Origin: Balanoglossus misakiensis
Lineage: Eukaryota; Animalia; Hemichordata
Direction: 5' to 3'
DNA: 64,000 nucleotides
Assembly (NCBI GenBank): GCA_040954595.2
Contig: CM082582.2
Location: 12,793,777-12,857,776 of the forward strand
A program made the translations under genes and the position numbers. Positions 38,501 to 52,300 of the stretch are shown piece after piece. Under the pieces are notes generated by a model. The model made no database searches, was not told the origin of the DNA, and saw only the letters and a list, made by a program, of their open reading frames with translations. Positions within the stretch are counted from its first letter, which is position 1, and every line of letters starts with the position of its first letter.

Positions 38501-41500
38501 GCCTAATTCTGGGTAAAAAATGACCCAGTTGTTCAACCACTCTTTCGATCATCTATTTAATATCACCCAATACCAGAGTTACATGTATATTGTGATGAAA
38601 TTTCCAAGCAATAATTCTATATTATTGATTTATTTTATTTACCAGCTGCTATTGAGCGGCCAGCATTTCTGTGTTTCAAATTCTCAATGTTATTATACCC
38701 TGAGTCATTTATGTCACATTTTGAAGTCTGTCTGTCTGTCTCCCCCTCCCTCCTCCAAACACAACCATTATGAGCTCAATGTGAACATCCCTGCATGGAA
38801 AAACTAAAACCAAAACTCACTTTGAAAGTGACCGTTCTACCCCCTAGTCGATCTCTGGCTTCTAGAACCAACACATTGAGACCCGCTTCATGTAACAGCT
38901 TTGCCGCTGACATACCTGTAAATAAACAAATATTAACTTCCCTTATAACATTTTTTAATATTTCTATAACCATGTTTGTAGATATCTAAACATCTATTCC
39001 TCTGGGTTTTTTTTCACTATACAAAATCATCATTAAACCTGATGATTATTCTTAAATTTTTCATAAACCAGACAAAATTTGCAGTATGAGTCAAAATGTT
39101 CTTTTGATTCTTGTTCTAAATCTGCAAGTGTCGACCATTTCCCTTAGCAACCACAGAAACGCATACACAGCTGCAATTATTCCGATCTTTTCACATATAC
39201 TTGTTCCCAAAGGTGATTAAAAACTCATAAATCATATAAATCCATGGTTATTTTGAATTCACTCGACTTACCACTGATGCCAGCGCCAATAACAATCACA
39301 TCTTTCTTCCTCTTCCGCGACAGATTATCATTTTCAACGGAGAAAAAATCGTCAATTTCTGTAAGGAATGAAAATGCAAATGCTTACTATAAGGCTCATG
39401 TTCAAAATAAGTTGCAGTGGCCCAAAGCAAATCAATATCTTGTGAAGTGAAAAAAAAGTGGTTGAAAAACACTGGGAGACTATAAAACAATGGCTGATCA
39501 CAAGGAGATCTAATTACCATCTTTGACTAAGCTTTCAGCCCACTCTTCCAGTTCCGTCAATGATAACACTCTCTCCTCAGTCGGTTCCTCTACAGACGCT
39601 TCACGAGTCTCTTCAATCTCCTCCTCCATGGGTGCCTCCTCCATTGTACCTGAGAAAATCCAGTATTGAGATCCGTATAATGATAATCAATCAGAGAATG
39701 TACTGAGCCTTGTAGTTGTGACTAGTGTTGGAGCACCCAGCCTCTCTTTCAATGTGAATGCACTGTTGCACTCCGCTTATTTGTACATTGTATGTATGTG
39801 GAATTTAGCATGAGTGTGTTGTCACAGAGCTGGGAATGTCAGAGGCTATTCTTTTAAATTTGACACCCTGGTGGTAGGGCGTTTAAATGTCTACACAAAC
39901 AGAGAAAGAAGCGAATTAAACTATGATGTCATAGGATGCGAAGACAGGAATACTTGGACAGCATAATAAGAACATAGTGTATGATACATGTATGCATCAT
40001 TGTAAGAAATTCGCACTAGAGAGAGCAAGCTTGATTTTATAAGACATCAATGCATACACTCAACTCATGACTAACAATCTAACAGATCCCCACCTTACAA
40101 CTTTCCACACAATCTTAAGTTCAAGTTTTACCTCAGTGCCATCTAATAGAACTGACCAACTTGGCTCCAACTTGAAACCTCACCAAATCTGGAGAGATTA
40201 ATGCTTACCCATGGCGTGTACCACAGGCCACTACCGTACACTGCTCAAAAACATTGATATGTTTGTCACATTCCAACTTCAAAGACCAACAATGCTACTA
40301 CTGTTCGTTTTGTAATCACTTCTAAATATTCCTGCTTTAATGTGAACAAGAATTGAAGTGTGTCGGTGTGTACATGCATCTAGACATTCATTGGACGGTT
40401 TTGACATGCTGAGAAAATGCTTTATCATGCCTTGTGGAGCCTCACAATGAAGCCATATAAAAATTGACTAATGACAAATACTCCTAAAAATAGTGTGTTT
40501 TCTTCATTAATTCAGGAAACTATGAAACCTCCCCTCTCTGCTTTTCAGCAAGATGCTTAACAAGCTCTCATGGGGTTGAAAGTTCTCGGTTTTCAAGTAT
40601 CACATGACCACAGGCAAGAGAACAGTTCAGGTGATTCCATTCACTGACAGGGTTTTCTCGTCAGCCAGGGGGCTTTTTGGATGATGCCATTTTTGTTGGC
40701 ATGATTTATTAAATCGGTAAAACCTGTGCAAAACCTTAATGATGATGTTTCTGAATGACACAATGATGAATATTTTAATTACACGACCCTTGTCATGACA
40801 CCATGCTGAATTTGCTTGAGATATGAACATATCCTCTGGCTATGCTTTGATGAGCAAAAAGTTGAAAAAGACAAACTGTTCCCAGATAAAATGCCACTTC
40901 AGAATGGCATCAAGAGACATAATTGCCATTATTTACAGCCAGTTATTTCGTCATCTGAGGCCCTTTCGAGCTTCTGCCTAAGATTTCATGAACCATAAAA
41001 AGTAGAATGGAAAGTGGGACTTTATTTGCACACTACACAGGTACTCTAAGTACCAGTTACTGGCTGAATTGGTTTCATGTACACCTCACAGATTTGCATC
41101 GCTTTCAAGCATGCAAACAGTTCCCGAAACAACCAGTGCAGCTAGGACCAGTGTTAATTTTCTAGTGTGAATCAACTACATTTCCACACACATTCACTTC
41201 ATCTCTAGTATACACTTTTAAATGAATTGCCACCTGGTTCAATCACTATAACTTCACAAACAGTAATGACAGCAGTTACAGCTTGACATAAATAACACAA
41301 TACGACTGTACTCTAACCCACCTGTCTATACGCCCACTGAATTCATGGTCACCCAACCATGACCATTTACTAAGATTGCTTAAACTGCTTCACATGGCAG
41401 ACAAATATATTTTGTGAATTCTGGACAACTGCAATGTTGCTTCTGTCACTTCGAAATTGGCCGTAAAAGGACAGAGTTTCCTCAGAAACATCATTGTTGC

Positions 41501-44500
41501 AAAAGAAATGCAAATCCAACCGTCCTGCAGAAGATGCATGTAGATGCCTGGAGCAGTGACAATCATGAGTTCTCCTGTTATCTGCAGGATCACTTTTATT
41601 GCAAGTATATTATCACCAACCGACGACTCTGCACTTCCAGAAGACTCTGAGCTGAAATGCCAAACTTACCAGTTTGATCGTATTCTTCACTGACTTCGTC
41701 TTCAAGCTCAATGTTGGCAGCACACTGTCTCAGCTCTTCTGAAAGCAGGCATTTCCGAAGTTCTATCAAACAATGAAGAAACAGAGAGAGGTTCACAGGT
41801 TACATGAAAATATACAGAATGTAGTTACAGTACAGGTTCGAACGAAGTTTCCAACTGGATCAGCTCTGAGCTATGACAATGCTAGCCTGATTTCCCAAAT
41901 TGATCAAGCCATATCAACAATAGCCCAGGCTATAATACAATCAAATTTGTTCTAATCTTTGCCAGACAATAATCACACAAAACCATTTCTGTTTGTCTTC
42001 AGGGGTTCAAAAATGAAAAAGATAAGACCACCCATAAACTTAAATTTCTCAACAAATAGTTACATAACTAAAACAGAACTAAATCACTGTAAACAGAAAC
42101 CTCAAAGGATCGACTTTATTTTGTTGAAAAATATGAAGAAGATATTTTTAGATCATCATATTGAACAAAAAGCAAGGATAACAGGAAATGATTCCATACA
42201 GCGCTGAAAAGAGAATCACATACCTTCTTTAACCAGCTCATCAGCCCAAGCATTGATTCTTGTCATCGTCCTCGTATAAGCATCCTGTCCAGCTTCCATT
42301 GCTGTCAACAGGAAAAAAAAACATGTACCGATGAAACAAACAACTGGACTAGGTAGCCAGAAACTGATTTGTAGAAAAAACCCACACAAGTCAGTTCAAC
42401 AATACATTTGTTCTCTTCTTTCGATTTTTTTCGTCAGAGGTAAATGTATTGGAACTCACCCGGTAGCTCATCTGAGACATGTCTGAAAAAATCTACATTT
42501 AAATAATTGATTTTTCAAGTTTTTTTCTAAACCCGGGAGTGGTTTCTTTTGAATACAAATCAATGGAGAGGTGAATTCAAAGAGATTCACTTTTTGTGTT
42601 GTCTGCAGACAGACAGACAGGCTTTTGTTGTTTGATGTCTTTTATGTCGTTTTTATTTCTTGTGAGAAATCACAAATGAAGCATACTACAGACATTAATG
42701 ATCTGCTATGAAGGACTGTTATAAACTTCAGTACTTATGACCAGAAAAAAACGCACACAAACTAGTATCAGTACAAAACATGATTTGATGCAAAGTTACA
42801 ATTCTTTATTATTTTCAGGCTGCTTCTGAGATTTTTTATCACAAAAAGGCAAAAAAATCCCCCAAAACAGAAAATTGCAGCGGACAAACCAGTATGTGCC
42901 CAGAATATCAAAGCTGTATGACTAGACAATTCTGAGAAGTCAATTGTTGATGGACAGATAGATAACCTAGGACAGATGACAGTGGAAAATCAGTCTGGTG
43001 GACACTCAGTCTATCTGATAAGCTATGGTCAATGGCAATTGGCAACAGGTTATAAATAAAATGTATTTTGTCAGCAATGTGCAAATACTGAGGATTACGT
43101 AAGGGACCCTGTGTACATCTGAACGCAGTGCCATTATTGGAGGTCTTTCAGTCGCGCTGTAGACAGTTCGAAGCCTAATGAGTGTAAAGGGACAATGCAA
43201 ACAGCTGGCAAGAAGGTGACAACATTGTTAAATGGTGATAACAGAAATGTTCACTTGTGGTCGGAGTAAACAGAGACACCACAACAAGTCACAATGTGAT
43301 CACACAAAAAAGGACAAAGAGACCTCTCCTTCAGACACAGGCCACTGTTCAACCAGAACCAAAGTGCTATTCAAATCAGTTTACCGACATTACGTGACCC
43401 ACTGCATCCACCACCACTATCGTGTCAAAGGTCAACTCGATCGGTAAACTTCGATAACACTTGTCTCACACAAAATATTAACAGGAATTGTGTGATAATC
43501 GCAGTAGAACAACAGGTGTGCCATGTCACTCCTTCAAACACTTTTGGTGCCAACTTTTATTTGTTTTCAATCATGTGTGTGGCTGTATAGCAAAAATTGA
43601 ACACATTCACAATTTTCATGTTAATTTCATAGAAATGTTCCAAATCAGACACATTATGTAAGGTACTGCATCAGCCATACATGGTGTATATATATATTTT
43701 ATATGTTTTTATAATATACCTCATGCTAATACTGTGCCGTGATTCGCCAGAATCCGTCACGTGATAGGAAAATAGAATCGACTATGAACCGCTAGGGAAA
43801 TAGCAGAAAAAATATAAACCGGTCACGTGACCAGCGTGAGTGCGCAGACTCGGTCACGTCAATCAGCGTCGCGTCGTCTGACACAATGGCCACCGCTGAA
43901 GATGTCGTCTGCCAGCCTCAAGAGAAAATTGCAAGATTTTCCCAGCTGTTAGCATGAGGTTTATTATAAAACACCTATAGCCTGGCCTATATTCGGGCCA
44001 TAGCAGCCGTTTTTACCCCTCGTGACTGTGAGTTACCAGAATCATATGCTATTTCCCTCGGCCTACGGCCTCGGGAAATAGCATGTGATTCTGGTAACTC
44101 ACAGCCCCTCGGGTGTAATAAACGGCCGCTATGGCCCTCATGGCCAGGCAATAGGTGTTCAATATGACACCCCTTACATGACTTAAAAGGAATTTCTTTC
44201 AGCTTTCATATGTTGTCAGTGCCTTTCTGTGAAATTCATCAAAACAAAGAAAACAAACTTAAAATCATCAGATTTCACTATTACCACAACATTTTCTCTC
44301 TTCTGTATTGCCATAGTTGAAAAACACCATTTGGATGAAGCGAGTGTATACAAAAGCAATTAAAATACTCATCAGTATAATTAGCTTCCCTGAAGGCAAA
44401 CCTATTATTGTCATTATGACCTATAAAAGTGATGGGTGAACGATGTTGTTAGAATTGCTGTAGCATTTAGGGAAGTTATATAGCATCTCATATGTCAGAG

Positions 44501-46113
44501 TATTGTAGCTTCAGTAATGTTATCTTCTCAGACTATTTATTTTGTCTTCATATTCTTTCAAAGTGTACGTTAATTTGGCTAATAGACATATCAACCCTTA
44601 GAGATATTTCAACATTTACTCTAAGAAAATTGGGCTCACTTTTTTTATCCAAGGCAACTGTTGTTTGCTAGTAGAGGGTAAGACTTACAAATGCTTATAA
44701 ATTATTAACCAATAGATTTGATAACCAAAGGGCACACCTAGCCAAAACCACCCACATTAGTTTAAACACAATGGTTACTATTCCAAATTGCCCACATGCA
44801 TTTAGAATTGAACTTATTCAGAAAAGAAATCGACATGTAATCTATTTCTGCATCTTTAGATGGAAATGTCTTCGTAAAATTACTTGACAATGACAAGATA
44901 TATCCACCAGAGTGTAATACACGACAGACAATATGTAGAGATAAAATACTTGTATATTGGTAAATTTATCATTTTTAAAGGTGAAATGCCAACAAAATAA
45001 ATAGCTTAATAAAGTAGAAATGGAGACCATATTACTCATTCTCAATAAACTGATATAATATACAACAGGAAATGTATATAAATTCCTTTCAAAGCAATAG
45101 AGGAGAGCGTTCTACTTGAAGTCTGCATAGTATTAATTCCTTTCATTTCTGCATTGAAGTGAACAGCTACTTCATCTCAACGATGCTTAAAAACTGAAGT
45201 ATCAAGCTTATCACTTCCATAATGTGATCTGTTCTTCTGCAGGCAAGCCCTGCCTTCATACACACATACCCGAAAGCTTTATCAAAGCACTCAACACTCA
45301 AAATGCAGCGAACATCTCAAATTGAAAACAGCTGAATATGAAAACCTGCAGTTCATATAAAAAAAACTTTGCTTCCCACGATACTTCCAAAATCAATATT
45401 GTCTTCATATAAAAGGACATACATATCAGAGAGACTAAAGGAATCCAATATGTATCTCCCTTCAGAAGCACTTAAGACTTTCTGCTTTTTTCAATATGGA
45501 TTTCTTACTTATTCTACCCAAAAATCATAATCATTCTGTTCATTCCCTTGCACTAATAATACCGAGTAATTTTCCAGACTTTATTTGACCACACTTTTTA
45601 AGCGTGCTGATTTCTACAGCGATTTAAAATGACCCTGAAAAAGTCACCGACGTGACCGACGTACTATGGCCAGCAATTGGCTGTTCCCAATTACAAGGGT
45701 GCCCCGCCCTTGTTTTTGACCTCTGGCCGACCTACATCCACTACGAGGCGATAGCGCGGTGGCGATCACCATGGCAATCGCCAAAAGGTCACCGAAAGAC
45801 AGTGGCCATATGTGCGAAAGGGTGAATCTGGTTTATGCGAAATCGGTGAGCAGTGTTGCTACTATGCTTAGATCACCGTTAGTGTCAACGGTAGCCTTCG
45901 ATTCTAGGTATGTGAACAGTGGTACGGTACCGAGGATCGATCGTATTTCCAACGGTAGATAAACAAGCGGCGCGACTCTGTCGCTCGCTGTCGACGCGCC
46001 TTACCTTCAGTCACCCATCGCTCCGCCAGTGCATCAATGCTGGATCTCTTCTCTCCGCTGACATTTTCCGCATCGTCAGGGGACGGGGACCCGTCCCTCT
46101 CGTCGTTCATCAT
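32515..46113 (-). CDS. MAO: Flavin monoamine oxidase (MAO-A/B family) with a long acidic N-terminal extension, 21 exons, ~669 aa
   Basis: Exons (minus): 46113-46005, 42301-42224, 41762-41670, 39649-39518, 39358-39272, 38915-38821, 37108-36968, 36554-36450, 36302-36107, 35883-35846, 35692-35629, 35451-35363, 35153-35070, 34897-34810, 34610-34523, 34309-34256, 33897-33840, 33620-33526, 33307-33196, 32924-32862, 32655-32515, all GT-AG and in phase. Motifs: [100 protein letters not shown] and a C-terminal hydrophobic tail anchor. The catalytic part (39358 onward) is very secure. The four 5' exons are predicted from splice sites and phase only. Confidence 0.88.
35028..35065. repeat. Compound (CAT)n(CAA)n microsatellite next to a MAO splice donor
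   Basis: tcatcatcatcatcatcatcaacaacaacaacaacaac read directly. Confidence 0.9.
43711..44164. mobile_element. Non-autonomous double-hairpin repeat element in MAO intron 1
   Basis: Inverted pair 1: ataatatacctcatgctaata (43711) and tgttagcatgaggtttattat (ends 43967). Hairpin 2 spans ~43970-44159, with arms aacacctat...ctgtgagttaccagaatcatatgctatttccc and gggaaatagcatgtgattctggtaactcacag...ataggtgtt around a ggcctacggcc apex. Confidence 0.7.
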
Positions 46114-49100
46114 GATGAGTCGAATATGCCCTGAATTTGCGGTCAAAGGTCATCTCAGTTGAGCGGTCGACGGTCGAAATCGACATCCAATTAGAGAAGC
46201 GCCCTCCGCGGGAAGTTGGCAAAGAGAGAAAATAGAGGATGCAGCTCCATCCGTCTTCAGGTCTTTCGACGAATCTCCGATGGTAGGCAAGTGACAGGGA
46301 CCTTGGTCGTAGAAGAAAGCTACCGCATTGGTATATCAACAGTTTTTGGTACCGGATTATTCTTGCTATTGTCCACAGCCCTCCTTCTGTATGCCATTGT
46401 GACATAAAAAATAACAAAAATGGGCTAGGCCTAAATCATAAAAATAAAGCTCAGTCACAAAAAAAAGTTGGGTGGGAGGGGGGGGGGTATGGACCCATGG
46501 CTAGAATTACAGATGATGTCGACAGAGAAATGCATTTCGCCTACGAGACTGTCAAACACTTGGCAATGATTTGCGAGAAATCTAAATGGACGAATATAAA
46601 AAGTTTGATTGATTTTACAAAACTGTACAGGAGTATGGTGAATTTTGTTTTTCACCTCGGATAGTTGTCCACCCACTCTAACACGTCACCGGAAATTTGA
46701 AAGTTCAAGTTCCTTTGAGGTTTTCCTAGTATCATAAATTGTCAAGCTTATCGCATTTGGACGAGCGTGATATAAATATACAAATTCGAGTTTATCATCA
46801 GACTTGACGGTTACTACAGTGGGAAAACCACCCGCGCGATAAAAAATCATGCATGCAAGAACTTGATTTGACCTTGGCCTCGGATTCAAGATGGTTATCT
46901 GTGAGAATTGTGAGTAGTTGTCTGTGACGATAACGCGGAGGTTACCTGAGATACCGAGTAGAGTCCTTTTCTTGGTGACGTCACGGCTGACGGGTCTCTC
47001 ATTGCAGCACAAACGGGAAAGTAAAGGTCAATTGGTTCAATTGTTGACAATGATTGGTATGGGACAACACAAAACATTCACTACATGGTTGGATCACTCT
47101 GGAAAGTAAACAAGAATGCAGGAATTTAAACTAGGCGATTCAGAATGCGACATCTGATACATGAGTTTAGCGTGTTTCAAAGTCAAATAGTTTCCATACA
47201 TAATGCATAAGGTTAACGCTATCGACAGGCGTTTGTTTGTTATTGCCGTACCTGTGCAAATGAGATCCTGTGAACATGTTTTGAAGACAAATGATGCGGT
47301 GTTTCTAAATGTTAACCATCCCAGAGTGTCAGTATTAATTCTGGTGATGTGACGACATTTCACACATACTACCATGCTACCACTGACGTTAGTGAACTCG
47401 ATGATTTGGTGTAAATTAACTACTGTGTGCAGGGTGTGAACTGGACCTCGGTTCATATATTTCTTTAAGAAAAATAAACTACATCTCCTGTCAAATCTGT
47501 GCATTTTGTCTTCAATGAAGTTTCTGTTGGTCATAATTGTCCCAAAATTGTACAATAGCAGATATTAGTGTTTGCTGATTCTGTGATGTTGACTCATAAA
47601 AGAAAGAAAGTAACCCTCTACAATTTTTGGTCATATTTTCTGATAGCTTTTCAAACTGCTATCAACCCGAACATTGTGTGCAACAGAATAACGTGGGATT
47701 TTTTAACTTGTAATATCTGCAGATCAACGTGTTGAAATAAAAATATCTCTGAGCTCACCTACTATGTCAGAGTTTGGATTATCGATAGCTTTTAATCCAT
47801 ATATGTCCACTTCCGCCTACGTCATCGTTTTGCGATGCTTTACGATTAACATAACAATAAGCAAGTTTTCTGCCTATTGTAACTTGTTCTCTACTGAGTT
47901 GGGTATTGTAGTACAGACTTTCCAAAGAACTTCCGGTATAGTAGTGGAATTCCCCGATATATAGCTAGCAACCTGTCACGCGTTTGACCTCTGTGCTACA
48001 CGCTTGCAAGTTCCGCTGTTCCCGGCAAGCCTCGCAATCAATTATCCGTGAAAACAATAGTCATATACTCTGCTTGCCCGGCATAAAAAAGTTACTATCG
48101 ACCAGTGACTTCATTCACTTCAGATATCACGATAGGGTAAACAACAACAGCAAGCAGTGTAACAGGTAAGTTTCACTTTCCTAATAAAGTATGATTTTGA
48201 TTTACATTAGATATATTATTTCAAGTCATCGAATAATGTAAACAGTCTCTATTTACCTGCGTAATTCGATAAATTTAAAATACATATATTTTGCTGTCCA
48301 GTTGGATTGTCCAGCAGTATCGTGGTGAAGGATTTGCTTAAAATCTTGGGAGTGCCACGTATATATATTCATATATATACACACACAGTGAAATGTTATT
48401 TAAAATTGCATGCATTGAAGGGTTTTTGGTATTGGTGGCGAACAACAGGTGTCCGTTCATGTCTTTTTTTTTCACCGGCGGTCACTCCATAAAGTTCACA
48501 TTTTGTCATGAGGCTTCCACGCCTCCTCCCCCTCTCTCTGTCTCAAACTCATACACTTTAAAGCGGTGGTTTTGATCGCTTGGGAGGAAAATTAAATCAC
48601 AATAGCAGCTGTTCTAAAATGTACAATTATGTAACAATGTAATTACATGTAATTAACAATTATGAAGTGAACAACAGGAAAAACATTCTTATAGGATGCC
48701 GTCTCTGAATAAAAAAAGTTTTCGACAGTTTGTGAAAAGTCGTCAGACTTAAATATACGTTAACCATGTCTTCCAAATGCGTTTAAAAGTATGTGAAAGT
48801 TTAAATCTACAGAGTGGAGCGCACTTTTCTCAAGTGACAGAAAGGTATGTTTGCTTTTTGAACTGGCTGGGTGCACACGCAAACCCCGAAGCTCACTTGA
48901 ACTTGAACAATAGAAATCAAAAGGCTCCGATATTTATTCAGCTACATTTTTAAGAGTGGTGACAAACGAGCAACAATTCCGCGCAAGTGGCCGTTTTAAG
49001 TCCGGGACCTGATCTGATCATTCGTTGAGACCGACGAGTCACACATATATGAGTACCAAGATGTTCTATGTACTGTAGAAAGCGATATTGCAACGGGGTC

Positions 49101-49308
49101 GGGAAACCAACAACTTGTTATTAATTCCAAGTAATCAACTTTGAGACGGAAGAAGCGATTTGTCATTGTCTTACAACAATTTCACTAAACGGTGGCAATT
49201 GAATCACTAATTAGACCGTTTTCTTTGAAACACAGGAAAAGGTTAAAGCGATCGAAGTGGTCCATTGACTCAACACGACGCCATACCGGGTAATTATAAA
49301 CAATAGTC

Positions 49309-52300
49309 ATGTGGTGTTTGGTTCAAAGACCTGATGCTGTAATAGAAGAGGTTTTGGTGGCACCGAAAGCGACTGGTCAGAAATGTCTGGATGAGGTAAA
49401 CGCCCCCATCTTTTTAATACTATTTCTCACTAGATTCTAACTACATTTATGCTTTCACAGAAATAACCAGACCGCAGCATTAGTCATATATATTACTAAA
49501 AATAGCTGCATTGGCGGAATCATCTTTGTCATGCATGCTTGTCGTGAAAGGCAATGTTAACACATGTAGATTTATTCTCTTTGTACAAACATGATACATG
49601 TATATAGTTTCCATACTTTGTCTTCACGACCCACTGAGTTTTGTTTGACCAGAGTTTGTGTTTCTGAAACCTAGACAAACACAGAGTCTTAAAATAGAAT
49701 GGTGAATTGGTGTGAAGATTCACCGGTTTGGTATTTCCTCTTAATCGATTGAATGAATCCATTCAAAGTGAGGAAATCATCCCCTGCCCTGGGAATACAC
49801 TTTCCATTGTCAGTGTTGTGGGGGAAATATAGCAGAACTAATCAAGCAAAAATAGAACACCGACACGGAGTCTGTTTCCGTTGCAATTCTAAGAATTTAT
49901 ATGTAGTATGCATACATACATACGCTGCGCACGATAAATGAAATCGATAGTCACAATTTAAATACACGGATAATATTTATCACCATTTTTTTGCGTTTCA
50001 CAATATAATGGATCTGCAAACACAACACTACATATGCAACTTGACCGTTGGATATATAATCCATAGATTAACATGTTCGCGATGTCAATACATAGCGCTG
50101 GAAATATATTTTGTCAGAGTAAGTCACCCAAATCTTCTGAGCGTCTCAGGTTCACCTCGTCCGACTTGGCGCCGGGCGTATGGATTTGTCTTGACTCTGC
50201 AGTTGTCAGAGACCGTAGGGAATTCGGAACTTGATCATCAGGATCATAGGCGCCTCTCTGTTCTTTTAAGATATCCTCGTATCAAATTACGCATTCTTCG
50301 ATTCAAGGTTTCGACTACAACTTCATTATTATGCAAGGCGTCTCATCTTCGTGCATGGATGATTCAGGTGATATCAGTTCTGACATGATGAATTCATGGC
50401 TGATGCCCGTTGATAGCAAAATGTTGACAATGTACATGTCTAAGCATGCAGGCGTCAATGTCAGATGACTCATTGAGTAACAATCTTAATGTACATTTGC
50501 CAACCAGGTATGCCAAAGATTGGGAGTTATAGAGAGTGACTATTTCGGATTACGGTACACTGGGAAGAAAGGCGAAAGGTTATGGCTGAATCTTCGCAAT
50601 CCGATTCGAGATCAAGTCCCAAACTTCCCACCATACCGAATGGAATTTAGGGTCAAGTTTTTCGTCAACCCTCGTCACATTCTACAAAGGGAAACCAGGT
50701 AATATGACAATAATGCCTGTCAAAACCTTGACCTTTTCATGTGGCAATAACTGTATTGCTAAGCAATGCCATTACCGATTGATACGTTCTTACTCTGCTG
50801 CGTTTCATTTCATTTCTAGAAAACAATTTTATCTTCAGTTGAAATCGGAGATTCTCGAAGGAAAATTTAAATGCAACCGACGCCAGGTTATCATACAATC
50901 AGCACTGATTGCGCAGATCGAATTCGGTGACCACACTGACGGTCAGATTAGGTAAATGACTATGTTATATTATGTAGACTTCATCTTATGGATGGGTGGC
51001 TGGATGACTGGCTGGCCAGCTGGATGGATGGATGTGGCATTCAGCTGACACTGGAACCAAATTTTACTGTTATTCTTTGTTTTAAGGTATCCTGCCTACA
51101 CATCTGACTGGACATCGGAAATCGATCAGGCGATAGCTGCATACCATACTGGACTGCGTGGTGAGTTGAAACACTTTTGGCTGAAGCTGTGATCAACAGG
51201 TGGTTATGGAGAATATATTAGTAGTTGTTATGCAACATCAAAATACCACATGTGTTACATATCTTACGTCCTACTTCGCTACCTACAAAGCAGCATTTTG
51301 TCGTTTTTCGGCAAACACATTTTGTACATTTGCATATTCGGTCCCAGGCATGGAGGAAGACAGAGCAATAATGAACTTCCTGTTAGAGATGAGCCAGCTG
51401 GAAAAGTACGGGATGGAAACCCACGCGGCTTGGTCATGTGACAACGACCGGGAACCGGTGGAGATCGGCATCAGGGAAAACACCGTGAACATCTTCGACA
51501 GAAATCGGAAGATCGTTGTCAACAGGTAGGTGAAATCGTGGCGAGCATTTCTGAACTTAACACGGCAGTTACATGATGGGATATACACATTGTCGATAAC
51601 AGTATCCAGTCCTCATAGTCGTGTATCTATTTTATGCGAAACTTACAGCTTCGGTTTTGACGACATACACCAGTCTGGTTATCGAGGAAAACACTTCTTC
51701 ATTGTGGTTGCTATGGGAACGTCCACGTCGGAGCTGGGTAACACTGGAGAAAAGAAATGTTTTCAAACGCAGAGTAAAACTGCGGCCATGGCTGTTCACA
51801 GATGTTTGACAGAAATGCGCGTTTTCTACAGGCGTTCAACAGTCGACAGCTGGGTCAAACAATCAGGTATTTGGATCTTCAATTTTTATTTGCAACAGAC
51901 CGCTAGAAAAAATGGTGGACACTACATCCGGGACACTGGATTCACCAGTACATGTTGTACTTTCAAATACTCAGTTCGGTAACTTCGGACTGATCGTAAA
52001 TTGACTAAGCACTAGTGTTGAATTTTCTTTCCGTCGCCATTCTAGGAAATTACAGTAAATTCCTGGAAAGCCTGGCGTCCCTGTTTCGTCCGCGATCTTC
52101 AACGACTGGCGGCAAACGTTACTCTTATGACGTCATCCGAACACACAAAGAGGTCATTGACAAGACCAAACTTGAACTTGATGGCGTTACTGGAGATACG
52201 TCACAGAGATCAGAATCGAGTGAAGTGCAAACTCGCCCAAGGTTAGAATGCACTTTTCTTTTTCAGTTTTGATGTTTAGATTTGAACATTTGTATCACGT

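Noticed and set aside
47935-47992. tRNA-Asp-like fragments (gtatagtagtggaattccccg ... cctgtcacgcg)
   Set aside because: There is a 15-nt insertion, no T-arm GTTCGA and no acceptor stem. It sits in the MYLIP promoter region and is chance or an unrecognisably decayed relic.
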